Assembly: GCA_046483985.1 (NCBI GenBank)
Contig: JAWOCD010000059.1
Coordinates: 1 to 10,601 of the forward strand
Direction: 5' to 3'
DNA length: 10,601 nt
Origin: Promethearchaeia archaeon
GTDB taxonomy: Archaea; Asgardarchaeota; Lokiarchaeia; Sigyniarchaeales; SOKP01
Within the stretch, counting starts at the first letter, position 1; each line of letters begins with the position of its first letter. The notes under the pieces are model-generated. The model searched no databases. It was not told the DNA's origin and saw only the letters and a list, made by a program, of their open reading frames with translations. Shown here piece by piece: positions 7,449 through 10,601 of the stretch. The position numbers and the translations under genes were made by a program.

Positions 7449-7884
7449 TTAAATATGTTTTTCTATGAATTGGCCTATTTTTTCTATGGCTTTTTTTCCT
7501 TCTGGAGCAACCCCAGCAATTCTTTTAGAATCATCAAGTAAGATTTCTGACGTCCCGATTTGTATACAGGTTATAGGGAATCCATAAGGATCTGCATAAA
7601 GGGGAGATGCTAACGGGTTTTCTGGTTTTGCATCTTATAGATACGAGTCTTTCATAAGTTCTCCCAGTTCGGGCGTGAGAAAGGGGTCAAAATCCGCTTT
7701 CATTTCATTGGATTCTCCCCTACCGACCAAATCGGTGGCTTGATCGGTATCAATAGAATTGAAAATATAAGAGCACTTTATTAGGATTAGCATCGGAAGT
7801 CATTATCCATTCACACTCCAAATCATCAGGTATCTTGGTCATTAAAGCGATTTGATTGATTCCCCGTCTTGCATTTGCCGCATT
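7449..7884 (-). pseudogene. Collapsed relic of an HSL-family alpha/beta hydrolase (esterase)
   Basis: Fragment 7884-7759: NAANARRGINQIALMTKIPDDLECEWIMTSDANPNKVLLYF, the stretch that precedes HGGG. After a frameshift there is a SID(YR)-like remnant, then ATDLVGRGES...DPFLTPE...YL*DAKPENPLASPLYADPYGFPITCIQIGTSEILLDDSKRIA/GVAPEGKKAIEKIGQFIEKHI* (internal TAA at 7635-7637, final stop 7449-7451). HGGG, GDSAG and the catalytic-His segment are missing. Confidence 0.88.
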
Positions 7885-7966
7885 TTAATTGAAGGAATAG
7901 AGATTTTAGGTTAAATCCGATATGGAACCCTAACTTGGAGGTCTTTTGAAAATTATAGTTAACTTT

Positions 7967-8056
7967 AAAACAGCTTTATCTCCAGAGATCCCACATTATG
8001 TGTTTGTGAGACTTGATTCCAGTTTAAATGCCAGTCTTAATATTTTAAGAGCATAG
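7967..8056 (+). pseudogene. Possible decayed TnpB C-terminus (IS200/IS605)
   Basis: KTALS...RLDSSLNASLNILRA* resembles the TnpB terminal pattern LS.R...C..C...DRDxNAxxNIL. A shifted frame gives CVC at 7999-8007. The DRD motif reads DSS. Confidence 0.4.
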
Positions 8057-8118
8057 ACACGGGTCTCTTATTGATAAGTTATTGGTACGCGGCATGTGTC
8101 GTTTAACACGATCGTCAG

Positions 8119-8931
8119 TCAGCGATCCTCTGAGGGCTTGTCGGGTTGTCCCGATATATCCCGATTTTTTCTGACCGAATTGCATGCTTCAATAATGCTC
8201 CCACTGAGGATTTGCATTACTTTTGCTGATAGAGTATCATTATATAGCCTTACAGCATCCGAAAGTTCGATTTGCATTGCTCTGCTGTCTTTAATTGTTT
8301 TGGCTCCATATTGTTGGGTAATATACCCCCCTTTTAAGACGTATTCTTTTCTCCGGGGGCGGCTGGGGGCGACAGCGATTTTTTCTTCTAAACATTCCTT
8401 TATCACTCTACCTCTGATATTTTTGTCACGATCTTTTTTCGGAATTCTCCTTTGGAAAAGCGATTTAAGATTTAGCGTACCTAACACAATATCAACATCC
8501 CGGAATCCGCTGGGACGTTTATCCTTTTCGAATCCGTGAATATCAATTAGATAGGATGTGCCGTATTTTTTTATATTGCGATTTGTATATTCTTGCAATT
8601 TTTGATGATAAAACCCATATAATTTTTCTGCTAGCTGAGAATCCCTTTGAAAGGCTTTATATTCACCACGATTAAAGTCTATGCGGTTTCGATGAACGTA
8701 TGATATCACATAGGAAGGGATCTTTGGAGTACCAAATTGTTGACTGGATGCGGTGCGAATGTATTTAATGAGCGTAAACGTTAAATCGATAGTCCCCTTA
8801 TCGATACCTAATATTCCATTCTCTCTTTTTGGAATATCTTTGACTCTCTGTACACCACCATGAGGGACGGAGAGAATTATGGGAAGATCTCCGTATTGAT
8901 ATTTAAAGTAGTCTTTGTAGTCTTCGCTCAT
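8119..8931 (-). CDS. N-formylglutamate amidohydrolase-family (Zn-peptidase-like) protein
   Basis: PIILSVPHGG, HRNRIDFNR, YH, LIDIHGF, DIVLGT, GGYITQQYG and AMQIELS motifs. Confidence 0.85.
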   Translation of the reverse strand: MSEDYKDYFKYQYGDLPIILSVPHGGVQRVKDIPKRENGILGIDKGTIDLTFTLIKYIRTASSQQFGTPKIPSYVISYVHRNRIDFNRGEYKAFQRDSQLAEKLYGFYHQKLQEYTNRNIKKYGTSYLIDIHGFEKDKRPSGFRDVDIVLGTLNLKSLFQRRIPKKDRDKNIRGRVIKECLEEKIAVAPSRPRRKEYVLKGGYITQQYGAKTIKDSRAMQIELSDAVRLYNDTLSAKVMQILSGSIIEACNSVRKNRDISGQPDKPSEDR

Positions 8932-8978
8932 CTTGAGACAAACAAAAAAATAATCTTATATTAACTTTTATTTTTAGA

Positions 8979-10190
8979 TTACTTGCGTAATTTCCGGAGT
9001 TTGCGTTTATCTTGCTTCATACTATAAAGATAAGCGTTCTTACTCATTAAACATGTATCCCCACGAGCCAGTCTTTTAGTTAATTTTATCCTTAATTTTA
9101 ACGCTTCCATATTATCGGGTTTTGCTTGAATTAGAATATCTAATATTTGAAGTGCTAATTGAACCCGCCCTTCTTTATGAAGTGACTCTACTTGATCTAA
9201 AATCTTAGAGGGGGTTCCAATTAGATTATAGATTTCTCTCATGAACTCTTTTTCGGGTCGAGGAATTAGATGAGCCGGATTATGATCATAGTAGCCGTGG
9301 TACCAACGGTAGACATTAAAGACAAAGAATTCAGGTCTGGAATACTTTTGCTGAAGATAAGGGCTTTCTTCTAAATACTTTGGTAAATTAACCTTATGGA
9401 TCATCTCAGTAATGTGTACTCCCTCGTTAATGAACTCTATGACTTGGTTGTGTAAGGTTCTAATCGCATCAATATTTGCGTCTAATGCTTCGACAACTTC
9501 CTCATTTTTATATAACGTCCCAGCTCCATTACAAAAGATGTATTTAGGATTAAGCTCGCGGATGATTTCTAGTTCTTTTGCCCAATCAAGTGCAAACCGA
9601 GTCGGTTTATGCGGATTTCCGACATTAGGAAAGTTTCTGCCAATCATTAAATCTCCAATAAATGCAGCATCTAATTCAGGAACATATACCCATACAGCGT
9701 CATCGGTTTCAGCACGACATGTATGTAATTGAAATGTTTTATCACCTACTTCAATTGTCAAGTCTCCTAGGAAAGTTTTTGTTGGATATACAAATTCTAT
9801 TGGTCTTTTGATTTTTGGTATATTAAATTGTTCCGCGTTGATGAGCGAGCGATGCTCTGCCAGATCAATATATTTATCAAATCTGGGGGGAAGATATTTA
9901 CTTGCAATAACATCTGGATTATTCTTCATAAAGACTTGTGCTCCTCCTACATGATCCATATGTCCATGAGTATACACAATATATTTAACCGGACCATTTA
10001 TCATTTTTGCCACCTTTTGGGCTGCAATCTCAGTTAGCAATGTGTCAATTATGAATATGCCATCCTCTGTTTCAATCCAAGCCATACCAGCAATAGGAAG
10101 TACAGCAGTGTGAACATCTTCTAAAGGATGAAAAATTTCTGGATCACTAATTCGGGTAACAGCCATCCTACTATTTTTTTGTTGTTTCAT
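8979..10190 (-). CDS. Metallo-beta-lactamase-fold alkyl/aryl-sulfatase-like hydrolase with dimerization domain
   Basis: YTHGHMDHVGGA (HxHxDH, 9951-9968), ETDDAVWVYVP, FIGDL, FPNVGNP and a helical C-terminal region (GYYDHNPAHLIP) typical of SdsA/BDS1-like proteins. No C-terminal SCP2 domain is apparent at this length. Confidence 0.88.
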   Translation of the reverse strand: MKQQKNSRMAVTRISDPEIFHPLEDVHTAVLPIAGMAWIETEDGIFIIDTLLTEIAAQKVAKMINGPVKYIVYTHGHMDHVGGAQVFMKNNPDVIASKYLPPRFDKYIDLAEHRSLINAEQFNIPKIKRPIEFVYPTKTFLGDLTIEVGDKTFQLHTCRAETDDAVWVYVPELDAAFIGDLMIGRNFPNVGNPHKPTRFALDWAKELEIIRELNPKYIFCNGAGTLYKNEEVVEALDANIDAIRTLHNQVIEFINEGVHITEMIHKVNLPKYLEESPYLQQKYSRPEFFVFNVYRWYHGYYDHNPAHLIPRPEKEFMREIYNLIGTPSKILDQVESLHKEGRVQLALQILDILIQAKPDNMEALKLRIKLTKRLARGDTCLMSKNAYLYSMKQDKRKLRKLRK

Positions 10191-10601
10191 ATAAACCTTA
10201 TTATGTTGAATTTCTATAAATATCTTATCTAAATTCTGCTAAATGATGGGAAAGATCTGTTATGTTTTAAAAAGAAAAGTAAGCCATCAAAATAAAATTA
10301 CGAGATATTTGAATATATTTTTGGTTTTTTCTTTTTACCTGAAATTTAAAAATCACTGATTTAGAGCCGACAATATTTCTGGCTATACCAATTCTTTTAA
10401 TGTCGGAAGAGATGGGATGATGTTTTTTGAAGGAAAATCGTCTTTTTTGTCCATTTTCGATGAGAAAATTGCGAGTCTTGATCATTCTTGAGCACACTTT
10501 TTTTCCGACAAATCTCAAGGTGATATAGATGAAAATTTTGTCGCCCTTAGTTGATAGATTTTTAATTTTCGATTCATTATTTAAATTCTAAAATACACTC
10601 A

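Noticed and set aside
8096-10037. Plus-strand ORFs 8096-8539, 9412-9732 and 9828-10037
   Set aside because: They are antisense to the well-supported FGase and MBL genes.
10267-10518. 83-aa minus-strand ORF
   Set aside because: It has a TTG start, K/R/F/I-biased composition typical of non-coding AT-rich DNA, and no motif.
10243-10554. Plus-strand frame interrupted only by TGA codons (10357, 10489, 10552), raising selenocysteine readthrough or another relic
   Set aside because: No recognisable family, redox motif or SECIS-like hairpin was seen, so chance is adequate. It may still be a decayed gene.
1-10601. CRISPR array, tRNA or rRNA genes, or an intein in RadA
   Set aside because: No regularly spaced repeats or cloverleaf/rRNA-like GC-rich segments were seen. 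The RadA ATPase core is uninterrupted.

Overview
AT-rich archaeal window, probably from an Asgard (Lokiarchaeia/Promethearchaeota-like) genome. This is inferred from the Rad51-like RadA, the stand-alone 7TM protein and BRE/TATA-like promoters. Intact genes: radA with an unusual N-terminal CxxC-H-H/acidic extension, a GH2 beta-mannosidase, a 120-aa helical hypothetical protein, a HAD hydrolase, a 7TM membrane protein, an N-formylglutamate amidohydrolase-family protein and an alkyl-sulfatase-type metallo-beta-lactamase. The window begins inside an IS200/IS605 element missed by the ORF track: tnpA 5' end, left-end hairpin and TTTAA target. The main hidden signal is that most 'intergenic' gaps are collapsed gene relics. 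Only ordered fragments of each former gene remain, joined by large internal deletions: a nucleoside hydrolase (1812-1939), a UxaA/GarD dehydratase (5324-5694) and an HSL-family esterase (7449-7884). There is also a possible TnpB C-terminal relic (~7967-8056) and a second IS left end lacking its hairpin, fused to a ~70-bp direct repeat (5234-5327). All family calls come from motif recognition by eye; no database search was run.
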